From contig JBHLNZ010000031.1 of the NCBI GenBank assembly GCA_048941015.1, positions 1 to 35,069 of the forward strand: a stretch of 35,069 bases of DNA, written 5' to 3'. The first letter of the stretch is position 1; every line of letters starts with the position of its first letter. The stretch is from Promethearchaeota archaeon (GTDB lineage Archaea > Asgardarchaeota > Lokiarchaeia > Sigyniarchaeales > SOKP01). A program made the position numbers and the translations under genes. Of the stretch, positions 9,106-17,595 are shown piece after piece. A model generated the notes under the pieces. It was given only the letters and a program-made list of their open reading frames with translations. It searched no databases and was not told the DNA's origin.

Positions 9106-11049
9106 ATGGAAAAAGATTTTCGATTTGCAAGGGCAAAAGGGAAGGTATTAATGTTAGGTAATGAAGCTCTTGTCAGAGGCTGCTTAGAAGCAGGAGTCTC
9201 ATATGTTTCTCAGTATCCTGGAACCCCAACAAGTGATATAGGTGAGTCTTTCCACCAAGTGTTAAATCAGAATCCTGATATGAAAGAATATTTAATACAT
9301 CAATGGGCTGTTAATGAAGCTGTGGCAACATCAGCATGTGCAGGAGCCGCATGGACAGGGTGCAGATCTCTTAATCCCATGAAGCATGTTGGATTAAATG
9401 TGGCAAGTGATGCCCTAAGTGTTATTGCTTTAAATGGACCAAATCCAGGTGGGATGGTTATCTCCGTTGGCTCTGATCCTGGATCACTAGGATCACATCA
9501 AGAACAGAATGAACGATTTTATGCGTGGATGCTTCATATTCCGATAATTGAGCCACATAGTCCACAAGAATGCAAGGATTGGGTAAAAATTGCCTTCGAT
9601 CTCTCAGAACAATATGATTTAATAATGAACCTAAGAACTTCAACAAGAAGTGCTCATTCAAGAGGTTTTGTGGAACTTGAGCCATTAAAAAAAGGTAAAG
9701 TAAAAGGGGAATTTATTAGGAACATCCCTAAATTTAATTCATTGCCCCCTCATGCCATAAACAATCATATAAGATTATATGAGAGAATTGAAAAATTAAG
9801 ATTAGAAATTCCGAAATTAGGATTTAACAAAGAATTTCCAGGAGATAATAAAATAGGGGTAATCACAAGTGGTATGCCATTTGGCTACACTATAGAAGCT
9901 CTTAACCAATTGAATTTAAATAGTGTGCCTATCTTGAAACTTGGAATGATTTATCCACTTAATGATATAGAGATTGTTCAGTTTATCCAAAATTTAGAGA
10001 AAGTAATTATTATCGAAGAGTTAGAACCTTTTTTAGAGACAAAAATTGCTGAAATTGCTCATAATAATAAAATAAACATTGATATAATTGGACAAAAATA
10101 TTTTCCAAAATATAATGAATATTCTACAGGATTGATCACAACCTGTTTAGCTAAAATCTTTAAAAAAGAAACAAATGAAACAATTAATAGAGCAATTCAC
10201 TATTTTAATTCATACAAAGAAATTATTCCTAGTAGGTTTCCAACTTTTTGTGCAGGATGCCCTGAAAGAGCGACACTTTATTCGATTTTAAAAGCAACAA
10301 ATCACTTGGAAAATACTGTGATTTGTGGAGATATAGGGTGTTATGTAATGTCATTTTTTCCTCCTCAACAATGCAGTGATTTAATAATTTGTATGTCAGG
10401 AGGATTAAGCGCAGCTATAGGAATGTCTGAAAAGACTGATCAAAAAGTCCTAGCAATGATTGGAGATTCTACTTTTTTCCATACTGGTATGGCACCATTA
10501 GCAGAAGCGGTAGGATACAATTCGAATATTTTACTCATAATTTTTGAAAATTCATGGACCGCAATGACTGGGCATCAAAATGATGTTCTCCGTTATTTAA
10601 TCAATCAAGGGTTTTCAATCGAAAAAATTTGTAAAGCAATTGGAGTTCCTTGGTTAAAAATTGAAGATTCTTATCACCCAAAACGACTTATAAAAACTAT
10701 TGAAGAAGCTTTAATAACTAAAGGTTTAAAAGTAATAATAATAAAGAGAGAATGTGGATTACAAGCCCACAGATGGCGTACATCCCAAATAAAAGAACTT
10801 AAAGCAAAAGGAGAGAAGATACAAGAAATAATATATCATATTACAGGTTGTCAAGTATGTCATGAATGTAGTCGAATCTTAAGTTGCCCAGCTATTCGAA
10901 GGGTTGAGATTGATGGAGTAGAAACTATGCAAATCGATGATGATAGATGCATAAAATGTGGAGTCTGTTATGAAATTTGTCCTAATAAAGCAATACACAA
11001 ATCTATTATCAATGTATTTGAAACTGAGGTACCATTTCGTGAAATTTAA
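9106..11049 (+). CDS. iorA: Indolepyruvate:ferredoxin oxidoreductase alpha subunit
   Basis: Motifs LGNEA, YPGTP, MKHVGLNVA, FCAGCP, GDIGCY, the TPP motif GDSTFFH...AMTGHQ, and a C-terminal ferredoxin CIKCGVCYEICP. Confidence 0.95.
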   Translation: MEKDFRFARAKGKVLMLGNEALVRGCLEAGVSYVSQYPGTPTSDIGESFHQVLNQNPDMKEYLIHQWAVNEAVATSACAGAAWTGCRSLNPMKHVGLNVASDALSVIALNGPNPGGMVISVGSDPGSLGSHQEQNERFYAWMLHIPIIEPHSPQECKDWVKIAFDLSEQYDLIMNLRTSTRSAHSRGFVELEPLKKGKVKGEFIRNIPKFNSLPPHAINNHIRLYERIEKLRLEIPKLGFNKEFPGDNKIGVITSGMPFGYTIEALNQLNLNSVPILKLGMIYPLNDIEIVQFIQNLEKVIIIEELEPFLETKIAEIAHNNKINIDIIGQKYFPKYNEYSTGLITTCLAKIFKKETNETINRAIHYFNSYKEIIPSRFPTFCAGCPERATLYSILKATNHLENTVICGDIGCYVMSFFPPQQCSDLIICMSGGLSAAIGMSEKTDQKVLAMIGDSTFFHTGMAPLAEAVGYNSNILLIIFENSWTAMTGHQNDVLRYLINQGFSIEKICKAIGVPWLKIEDSYHPKRLIKTIEEALITKGLKVIIIKRECGLQAHRWRTSQIKELKAKGEKIQEIIYHITGCQVCHECSRILSCPAIRRVEIDGVETMQIDDDRCIKCGVCYEICPNKAIHKSIINVFETEVPFREI

Positions 11050-11698
11050 AGATACAGACATAATAAATGTGGTAATTGCCGGAACGGCAGGACAGGGAGT
11101 TATAACCCTTAAGCGATTAATTGAATTTGCTGCTCAACGAGCAGGTGTGGAAAGAATTTTAGGAGCAGAACATCATGGCCTAGCACAGAGGGAGGGTGCA
11201 ATAACAAGTCATACTCGATATCAAAAGAAACTATTTGAAAATGAGCGCAAAAATATTCAATCTCCTCTTATTTCTTACGGTGATGCTGATTTATATATAT
11301 GTATGGAACCTGTAGAAGCATTACGGCAAGGAATCTTTGCTTCGAATAAAACTACATTTACTTTGAATTCACATACTATTCCTGGAGTCATGATTACAGC
11401 AGATTTAGAAGAATATCCTTCTTTGAAAATAATTGAGGAAATTTTAAAAAAGTACACAGAAGAAATTTATTTTTTAAATGCTACGGAATTATCTTTAGAT
11501 GTTTTTAATTCAAATCAATATGTCAATATTATAATGCTTGGATTTGCATTAATTACGGAAAAATTACCATTTATTGAAATCGAATATTATGAAGAAGTTA
11601 TTAAAGAGTGGTTGAGAGATTCTGATAAAAATATAAAAGCACTATACCTTGGTATTGAAAAGGGTAAAAAAATAATTAAAAACAATTCTAATTCTTAA
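11039..11698 (+). CDS. iorB: Indolepyruvate:ferredoxin oxidoreductase beta subunit
   Basis: Motifs GTAGQG, HGLAQREG, EPVEALR and NIIMLG. The start is placed at the GTG at 11039, which has GAGGT upstream and overlaps the iorA stop. Confidence 0.92.
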   Translation: MKFKDTDIINVVIAGTAGQGVITLKRLIEFAAQRAGVERILGAEHHGLAQREGAITSHTRYQKKLFENERKNIQSPLISYGDADLYICMEPVEALRQGIFASNKTTFTLNSHTIPGVMITADLEEYPSLKIIEEILKKYTEEIYFLNATELSLDVFNSNQYVNIIMLGFALITEKLPFIEIEYYEEVIKEWLRDSDKNIKALYLGIEKGKKIIKNNSNS

Positions 11699-11706
11699 TT
11701 ATAGAT

Positions 11707-11847
11707 ATGTCAAATTCAACAAATCAATTATATAATAGGTTAGCTGACTTTCTAATAGAACATCTAAATCGGAACTTTTCAATTATTCTTGAAGCTGGAT
11801 GCGGCCAAGGTCATTTAACTATCCCCTTTACTAAAAATGATTTTTAA
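11707..11847 (+). pseudogene. N-terminal remnant of a class I SAM-dependent methyltransferase (46 aa)
   Basis: MSNSTNQLYNRLADFLIEHLNRNFSIILEAGCGQGHLTIPFTKNDF* contains SAM motif I (ILEAGCGxG) and ends just before the stop of the convergent gene. Confidence 0.65.
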
Positions 11848-11851
11848 ATTT

Positions 11852-12841
11852 TTAAAATTCAATATCTTGACCAACATCATTTTCAATTGCTCGATCATAT
11901 ACCAATTTTGCTACTGCAACGTCTTGAGCACTAATTCCAACAGACTTAAAAACTGTAATTTGAGAATCAGATGAGCGTCCAGGTTTCTTCCCTATGATAA
12001 TATCACCTACTGAGATGATATCATCTTCCTTAATTATTCCCTCGTTAATTGGTATGATATAATCACCCGCTTCTGCTAAACATGCTTCTTTCAGGCCAGC
12101 AACTAATAAATCTGCCCTCTTAATAATCGTTGAATCAAGTTCTCTAGCATCAGGTGCATGGGCTCCAATCGAAGAGATATGTGTACCCTTGATTACTTTC
12201 TCACCAGCAAATACAGGAGTTGTACTAGTTGTAGCAGCTACTATAATATCTACATTCCTAAGTAATTCATCACCAGATTCCATGATCTTAACATCTATAC
12301 CTAATTCTTTTTCAATCTCTAACTTAAAGGATTTAGAAGCAACACTATCCAAATCAAAGACATTACAAATTTCAAGTTTTTGATTCAGTGCCCAATAAGT
12401 TCCTACTACTTGTTTTTTAGCTTGAACTCCTGCACTATATATACTCATAACATTACTATCTTTTCTTGCTAAATATTTAACACCCACTCCGGTTGCAGCT
12501 CCAGTACGCATTGCAGTAATCATGCTTCCATCCATAATTCCAACAATATCTCCAGTATTTATATCCTGGATCATAATTTTAGCCAATACTGTAGGCATAT
12601 TATACATTTCAGGATTTTTTTTATAAACTGATACGATTTTGGTGGCAAGAGCATTCATCTCTCCCCCAATTATACCAGGCATAACTAATGTTAAGCCTGG
12701 TGCGGGATCGGTGATAGAAATCCTTTGAGGAACGAAGGCAGTCCCTAATGATAATTGTTTATAAGCCTCTTCTACATATTTCAGAGCATCTTCCATATTT
12801 AATAATTTTTCAACATTTGATTTTGTTAAAATACGAACCAT
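11852..12841 (-). CDS. Ornithine cyclodeaminase/mu-crystallin family enzyme (archaeal-type alanine dehydrogenase-like)
   Basis: Motifs MPG, KIVSV, TAMRTGAA, HISSIGA..P..RELD and FKSVGISAQD. The ATG at 12841 is preferred because GGAG lies upstream. Confidence 0.9.
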   Translation of the reverse strand: MVRILTKSNVEKLLNMEDALKYVEEAYKQLSLGTAFVPQRISITDPAPGLTLVMPGIIGGEMNALATKIVSVYKKNPEMYNMPTVLAKIMIQDINTGDIVGIMDGSMITAMRTGAATGVGVKYLARKDSNVMSIYSAGVQAKKQVVGTYWALNQKLEICNVFDLDSVASKSFKLEIEKELGIDVKIMESGDELLRNVDIIVAATTSTTPVFAGEKVIKGTHISSIGAHAPDARELDSTIIKRADLLVAGLKEACLAEAGDYIIPINEGIIKEDDIISVGDIIIGKKPGRSSDSQITVFKSVGISAQDVAVAKLVYDRAIENDVGQDIEF

Positions 12842-12950
12842 AATGTCAATTATCTCCAATTATATTTAAAGCTAATAATTAAAAGACTAACAGTTACAAT
12901 CAATACAAAATGGAATATACAATGAGAATATCAATATTATTTAAAAAAAG

Positions 12951-13487
12951 CTAACCTGCTGTTCTTTTTATAACATCTACCAATCCTTTTTTATGAAGTT
13001 TTTCTAGCATTTTCTCTACATCTTCCTCAGATTTCTGTGAGATTTCAGCACATTCTTGTACGGAATTCATACCATCACATACTTTAAGGAGTTTGTACTC
13101 ATCCAAGCTAAGCATTCCTAATTGTACTGCCATAGGGGGAACTTCCTTTATTACAATTGGGATCCTAACTTCTTCCCCTGCAGGTACATTCTTAGCTCCC
13201 ACCTCCGCCATACTTGGAGATGCTCCAAAGAATGATTTTACACCTGTAATGTCATAGTTATCATTAATATAAATATAGATGGTATGATCTTGACCAGAAA
13301 TATCGTCAGGATCATCAGGATCAGGATAAGCATTCGAATGCTTTAATTCTTTAGTATATATGCCCATTTTTAAACCATCCCTGATCTCCTTTTTATCGAG
13401 CCTTAATGCTACCATATCGGAGCAGATATCACACCATGCATATGCCTCAATTAGCGAAAAATATTTTTTTACCTTATTTTCTGGCAT
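12951..13487 (-). CDS. Hypothetical protein with CxxC...H...H N-domain and C-terminal winged-helix-like domain
   Basis: It has CDIC and two distal His. The C-terminus LLKVCDGMNSVQECAEISQKSEEDVEKMLEKLHKKGLV fits a wHTH pattern. Confidence 0.7.
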   Translation of the reverse strand: MPENKVKKYFSLIEAYAWCDICSDMVALRLDKKEIRDGLKMGIYTKELKHSNAYPDPDDPDDISGQDHTIYIYINDNYDITGVKSFFGASPSMAEVGAKNVPAGEEVRIPIVIKEVPPMAVQLGMLSLDEYKLLKVCDGMNSVQECAEISQKSEEDVEKMLEKLHKKGLVDVIKRTAG

Positions 13488-13653
13488 TTTTTTAGATTGA
13501 ATTTTAGATTGTTAATAAGTTAAATATATTGTTTACTAATATAAATTTTAATTACTTAAGCTTTTTGAAGCGTAACTTTCTAAAAACGAAAATAATTAAA
13601 GTCATCAGTTATTCTATTTATCATCTAAATTTGTTATATTTTAGCATTAAAAT

Positions 13654-13830
13654 ATGTCAAGCTATAAAAAGAACATTTGTTTCTCATGTGGTCGCCCAAT
13701 TGCGCCTTACGAAGCAGCAGTTCATTTTCCATGTCCTCAATGTGGGGATGTTACTATATGGAGATGTGAACGCTGCAGAATTCAAGGAAACACTTATCGC
13801 TGTCTTCGTTGCGAATTTGTAGGTCCATAA
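13654..13830 (+). CDS. Small zinc-ribbon protein, DUF1610/HVO_2753 family (58 aa; absent from the ORF track)
   Basis: MSSYKKNICFSCGRPIAPYEAAVHFPCPQCGDVTIWRCERCRIQGNTYRCLRCEFVGP* has four CxxC and the F.GP end. It sits in the conserved archaeal position upstream of aEF-1beta. Confidence 0.92.
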   Translation: MSSYKKNICFSCGRPIAPYEAAVHFPCPQCGDVTIWRCERCRIQGNTYRCLRCEFVGP

Positions 13831-13854
13831 AAATAATAAATTAAAGTGAGATAA

Positions 13855-14124
13855 ATGGGAAAAGAATTTGTTGCTTTAATAGACGTAATTCCTGAAGATC
13901 TTGAAGTTGATTTTGAGCAATTTGTTAATAAAATTAAGAATGTTTTACCTGATCCTTGTACCGTTGAACGGTATGATATTATGCCCGTAGCTTTTGGACT
14001 TAAAAAAATGAGATTACGTATAAGATATCCCGAAGAATGGGGTGGTACTGATAAAGTAGAAGAATTCATTGGACAAGTTGATGGTATTCAAGGTATAGAA
14101 GGAATAGCTTTTTCAAAAGCTTAA
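13855..14124 (+). CDS. ef1b: Archaeal translation elongation factor 1-beta
   Basis: 89 aa with V.PED.EVD, PVAFGLKK and GGTD.VEE. Confidence 0.93.
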   Translation: MGKEFVALIDVIPEDLEVDFEQFVNKIKNVLPDPCTVERYDIMPVAFGLKKMRLRIRYPEEWGGTDKVEEFIGQVDGIQGIEGIAFSKA

Positions 14125-14195
14125 AAAATGATATTTAAATCAACTAATTAAAGTTCAAAAACTGGAGTTTTAATCAATTAAAGAAAAAGTTTTAA

Positions 14196-14711
14196 TCATT
14201 TTTTATCCTTTTCTTTATACTTTTCATTAATGCTTATTTTATATTTTATCCATTCACGTACATCTTTTTTTATTAAATTTTCAATTAAGGGTATTGATTG
14301 TAAATCAAATTTATCTTTATAATGATTTGTAAAGCTTTCTAATATTGTATGTGCTTGATCAATTTTATTTGATTCAATTAAAACGTCGTAAATTTTATTA
14401 ATTTTTGCCCCTGCTTCTTCAATTTCAGATATAAAATATTTCTTTTGTACTCTTTCAGCAATTTTCTCCATAAAATCTTTTTGCTCTTCAATATGATGAT
14501 CTATATTATTTTTTATTGCTAATCTAATTACCTTTTCTGAATAGGAAATAGCTTCATCAAAATTTCCATTTAAAAGGCTATTTTCAGCCTTTATTTTAAA
14601 TTCCATTATCTCCGAAATAGTATCCAATTGCGGATTTTTAATTTGGATATTTCCTTCCTCTTTTTCGAAATTCTTTCTAGATCTTTCTTTTTTTTTTAAT
14701 TTTTTCTTCAT
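14196..14711 (-). CDS. Hypothetical helical (TPR-like) protein
   Basis: Helical hairpin pattern (AENSLLNGNFDEAISYSEKVIRLA). It lies downstream of mutL on the same strand. Confidence 0.6.
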   Translation of the reverse strand: MKKKLKKKERSRKNFEKEEGNIQIKNPQLDTISEIMEFKIKAENSLLNGNFDEAISYSEKVIRLAIKNNIDHHIEEQKDFMEKIAERVQKKYFISEIEEAGAKINKIYDVLIESNKIDQAHTILESFTNHYKDKFDLQSIPLIENLIKKDVREWIKYKISINEKYKEKDKK

Positions 14712-14844
14712 TCGGAATTACTATTTTAATCTTATAAATATATAAATAACTTTAATCCTCTAAAATTACAATCAAAGTTTTCTTATTTAATTGTTAATTT
14801 TTTGAAAAATTAGTTACTTTTTACTAATTAAAAATTCTAATATG

Positions 14845-16716
14845 TTAGACAATCCTTTTGAAAAATTTATCTAATTCCTTAAATGAAATAAATCTTAACG
14901 TAGGTCTTCCATGAGCGCAATGATAAGGATCTTTACATTTAGATAAATCAACTAGTAATTTCCTTATATCTTTAATTGATAAATCATCTCCTCCACGAAT
15001 ACTTTTATGACAAGATAAATAATTTATTATCTCCTCTTTTGCATCTCCAAAACTTTTATCCTTACCGATATTTGTAATATCACTAATGATCTCCTTTATT
15101 ATGTCAATATTAGGAAGTTTTTCAATAATCGTGGGAATTTCTCTTAAAATGAAAGTATTACCTCCAAAATGCTCAAAAATGAATCCTAACTTTCTTATCT
15201 CACCTAAATTTGCTTCAAGAAAAAATTTTACACTTGGAGAAACCTCAATTTTTAAAGGACTTATTAGTCGCTGTCTATTGATTTTCAATTTATTGTAAAG
15301 TTCATAAAAATATTCTTTATTTATTCGTTCTGAAGCTGCGTGTTGATCTAAAATGTAAATTCCTGTCTCATCGTATTCATTAATTCCTTCTAATACTATA
15401 TAAGTTTTATTGCTTAATTGACCAGTATAAGAAATCATTCGTATTTTTGGAAAATGTTCTGCAGAAATGAACTTTTGTCGGATTAATGTTTCTAATTTTG
15501 GCTTTACATCAATCTTTTCTTTCAGAGCATGATCGGCTAAATTAAGTTGTATAGTATTATTAGATAACTCTACTTTCTGAAAAATTGGTTCTTTCTCTTC
15601 TTTTTCTTGATTTACTTCAGTTGTAAAGTTTAATTCTTTTATCTTTTCGATATCTTCTATTTCTACAAAATCTTCTCCTTCATAACTACTGATTTTTAAT
15701 TCAGTATATTTATCTTCTTTCTCTATAAATTTCTCTTGTACAAATCCACGAATAATGTTATAGACTTTATTATAGATAGTTTCTTCATCTTCAAATCTAA
15801 TATGCAATTTCTTCGGATGAACATTAAAATCTACTACGGAGGGGTCAACTTCTAGATATAAAATAAAGAATGGGAATTTCCCTATCATCAAAATACCTTT
15901 GAATGCCTCTTGAACCGCTCTATACAATAGATCACTAATAATATATCTCTTATTAATAAAAATACTTGATATGGATCTATTTTTGCTTGAAATCTCGCTA
16001 TGACCAATTAAACCATATAATTTAAAACCTTTTTCTCTAAACTCAACATATTCCATGAATTTCGCAACTTTTTTTCCATATATATGAAAAACTGTTGTTT
16101 TTAAATCGTTGGAACCAGGACAATTAAGAATATCAAGATCATTATGACGATATATAAAATGGAGATTCGGATTTGCTAAAGCATACCGTTGTATTATATC
16201 AGTAATATGACCAAGTTCAGTGGTATCTTTCTTCAAAAATTTCTGTCTTGCAGGTAAATTATAAAAAATATTTTTTACTTTAATATCAGTACCTATAGGA
16301 ATATAAATCTCATTTTTTTCTTTAATTCTTCCACCTTCTATAATTAATCTGATACCAACTTCATTTTCCTTTGTCCTTGAAATTATTTCAACTTGACTTA
16401 CTGCAGCAATACTCGCTAAAGCTTCTCCTCTAAATCCTAAAGTTGAGAGGGTTTCTAAATCTTCAATACTTTTTATTTTACTGCTTGTATGCCTTTCAAA
16501 AGCAATTTCGATTTCATCCGGAGCAATTCCCTCACCATCATCAATTACTTGAATAAGTTGTTTTCCAGCTTTTTTAGTTAAGATCCTAATCTCTTTTGCT
16601 CCAGCATCAATACTATTTTCTATCAATTCTTTTACTACATTGGAAGGTCTTTCGACTACTTCACCTGCAGCAATTTTTTCTGCATCTCTTATCTTTTGAA
16701 TCTTAGAACGTTTCAA
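14845..16716 (-). CDS. mutL: DNA mismatch repair endonuclease MutL
   Basis: Motifs IAAGEVVERP, KELIENSIDAG, GFRGEAL, DFNVHPKK, the endonuclease motif DQHAASERINKE, and CAHGRP. Confidence 0.97.
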   Translation of the reverse strand: MKRSKIQKIRDAEKIAAGEVVERPSNVVKELIENSIDAGAKEIRILTKKAGKQLIQVIDDGEGIAPDEIEIAFERHTSSKIKSIEDLETLSTLGFRGEALASIAAVSQVEIISRTKENEVGIRLIIEGGRIKEKNEIYIPIGTDIKVKNIFYNLPARQKFLKKDTTELGHITDIIQRYALANPNLHFIYRHNDLDILNCPGSNDLKTTVFHIYGKKVAKFMEYVEFREKGFKLYGLIGHSEISSKNRSISSIFINKRYIISDLLYRAVQEAFKGILMIGKFPFFILYLEVDPSVVDFNVHPKKLHIRFEDEETIYNKVYNIIRGFVQEKFIEKEDKYTELKISSYEGEDFVEIEDIEKIKELNFTTEVNQEKEEKEPIFQKVELSNNTIQLNLADHALKEKIDVKPKLETLIRQKFISAEHFPKIRMISYTGQLSNKTYIVLEGINEYDETGIYILDQHAASERINKEYFYELYNKLKINRQRLISPLKIEVSPSVKFFLEANLGEIRKLGFIFEHFGGNTFILREIPTIIEKLPNIDIIKEIISDITNIGKDKSFGDAKEEIINYLSCHKSIRGGDDLSIKDIRKLLVDLSKCKDPYHCAHGRPTLRFISFKELDKFFKRIV

Positions 16717-16848
16717 TTTAGTACCAATTTCTAATAAATTGTTTCAATAATTAATTAATTTTATTAGGTTAATATATTTCACATAAACACTTAATTTAAA
16801 ATACTACTCTATTAAAGTTTAAATAAATTCTTACTATCATTATTGGAA

Positions 16849-17589
16849 ATGATTCGATTTAATATTTTTGAAACAAAAAAAGAGTTAGGAAAAGCAGCAG
16901 CAGACAAAGCTGCTGAAATTTTACAGAACTCTATAAAAAAGAATAATCAAGCAAGTTTTATAGCAGCAACAGGATCCTCACAGTTTGAATTTCTTGAAGA
17001 ACTTTGCAAACATCAAGAAATTGATTGGAATAAAACAAAAATGTTCCATTTAGATGAATATCTCGGAATATCCGCAAATCATCCCGCAAGTTTTAGAAAT
17101 TATTTAAGAGAAAGAATTGTAGAGAAAGTAAAACCCGGAAAAGTATACTTTATAGAAACAGATGCTCGAGATCCTGTTGAAGAATGTGAGAGACTTAATA
17201 ATTTAATTTCAAAAAAAGTGATTGATATAGCTTTTGTTGGAATAGGAGAAAATGGACATCTAGCATTTAACGACCCTCCAGCAGATTTTATAACAAAAAA
17301 TCCTTTTATTATCGTTGACTTAGATGAGAGATGTCGAAAACAGCAAATAGGGGAAGGTTGGTTTAAGACTCTCGAGGAAGTACCACTAAAAGCTATAACT
17401 ATGTCCATAAATGAGATGTTAAGAGTTAAAACTATTCTCTGTATTTGTCCCGATGAAAGAAAAGCAGAAGCAGTTAAGAATTGTTTATCTGTTAATGCAA
17501 TTATTTCGCCTCAATATCCTGCTTCGATATTAAGGAAACATCCTAGAGTTCATTGCTATTTAGATAAATATTCCGCTTCTTTATTATAA
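16849..17589 (+). CDS. nagB: Glucosamine-6-phosphate deaminase family protein
   Basis: Motifs ATGSSQ, FHLDEY, GIGENGHLAFNDP, VP.KAITMS and PASILR.H. Confidence 0.88.
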   Translation: MIRFNIFETKKELGKAAADKAAEILQNSIKKNNQASFIAATGSSQFEFLEELCKHQEIDWNKTKMFHLDEYLGISANHPASFRNYLRERIVEKVKPGKVYFIETDARDPVEECERLNNLISKKVIDIAFVGIGENGHLAFNDPPADFITKNPFIIVDLDERCRKQQIGEGWFKTLEEVPLKAITMSINEMLRVKTILCICPDERKAEAVKNCLSVNAIISPQYPASILRKHPRVHCYLDKYSASLL

Positions 17590-17595
17590 AAAGAC

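Noticed and set aside
10958-11038. Longer N-termini for iorB (10958), porA (25015) and the 93-aa gene (2298)
   Set aside because: For iorB and porA the extensions overlap the upstream gene. The downstream starts have SD sites or stop/start coupling.
13300-13330. Short tandem TCAGGA/TCATCAGGA repeat
   Set aside because: It simply encodes the PDPDDPDD loop of the protein.
13529-13822. 97-aa + ORF in the track
   Set aside because: It is an off-frame overlap of the real DUF1610 zinc-ribbon gene at 13654-13830.
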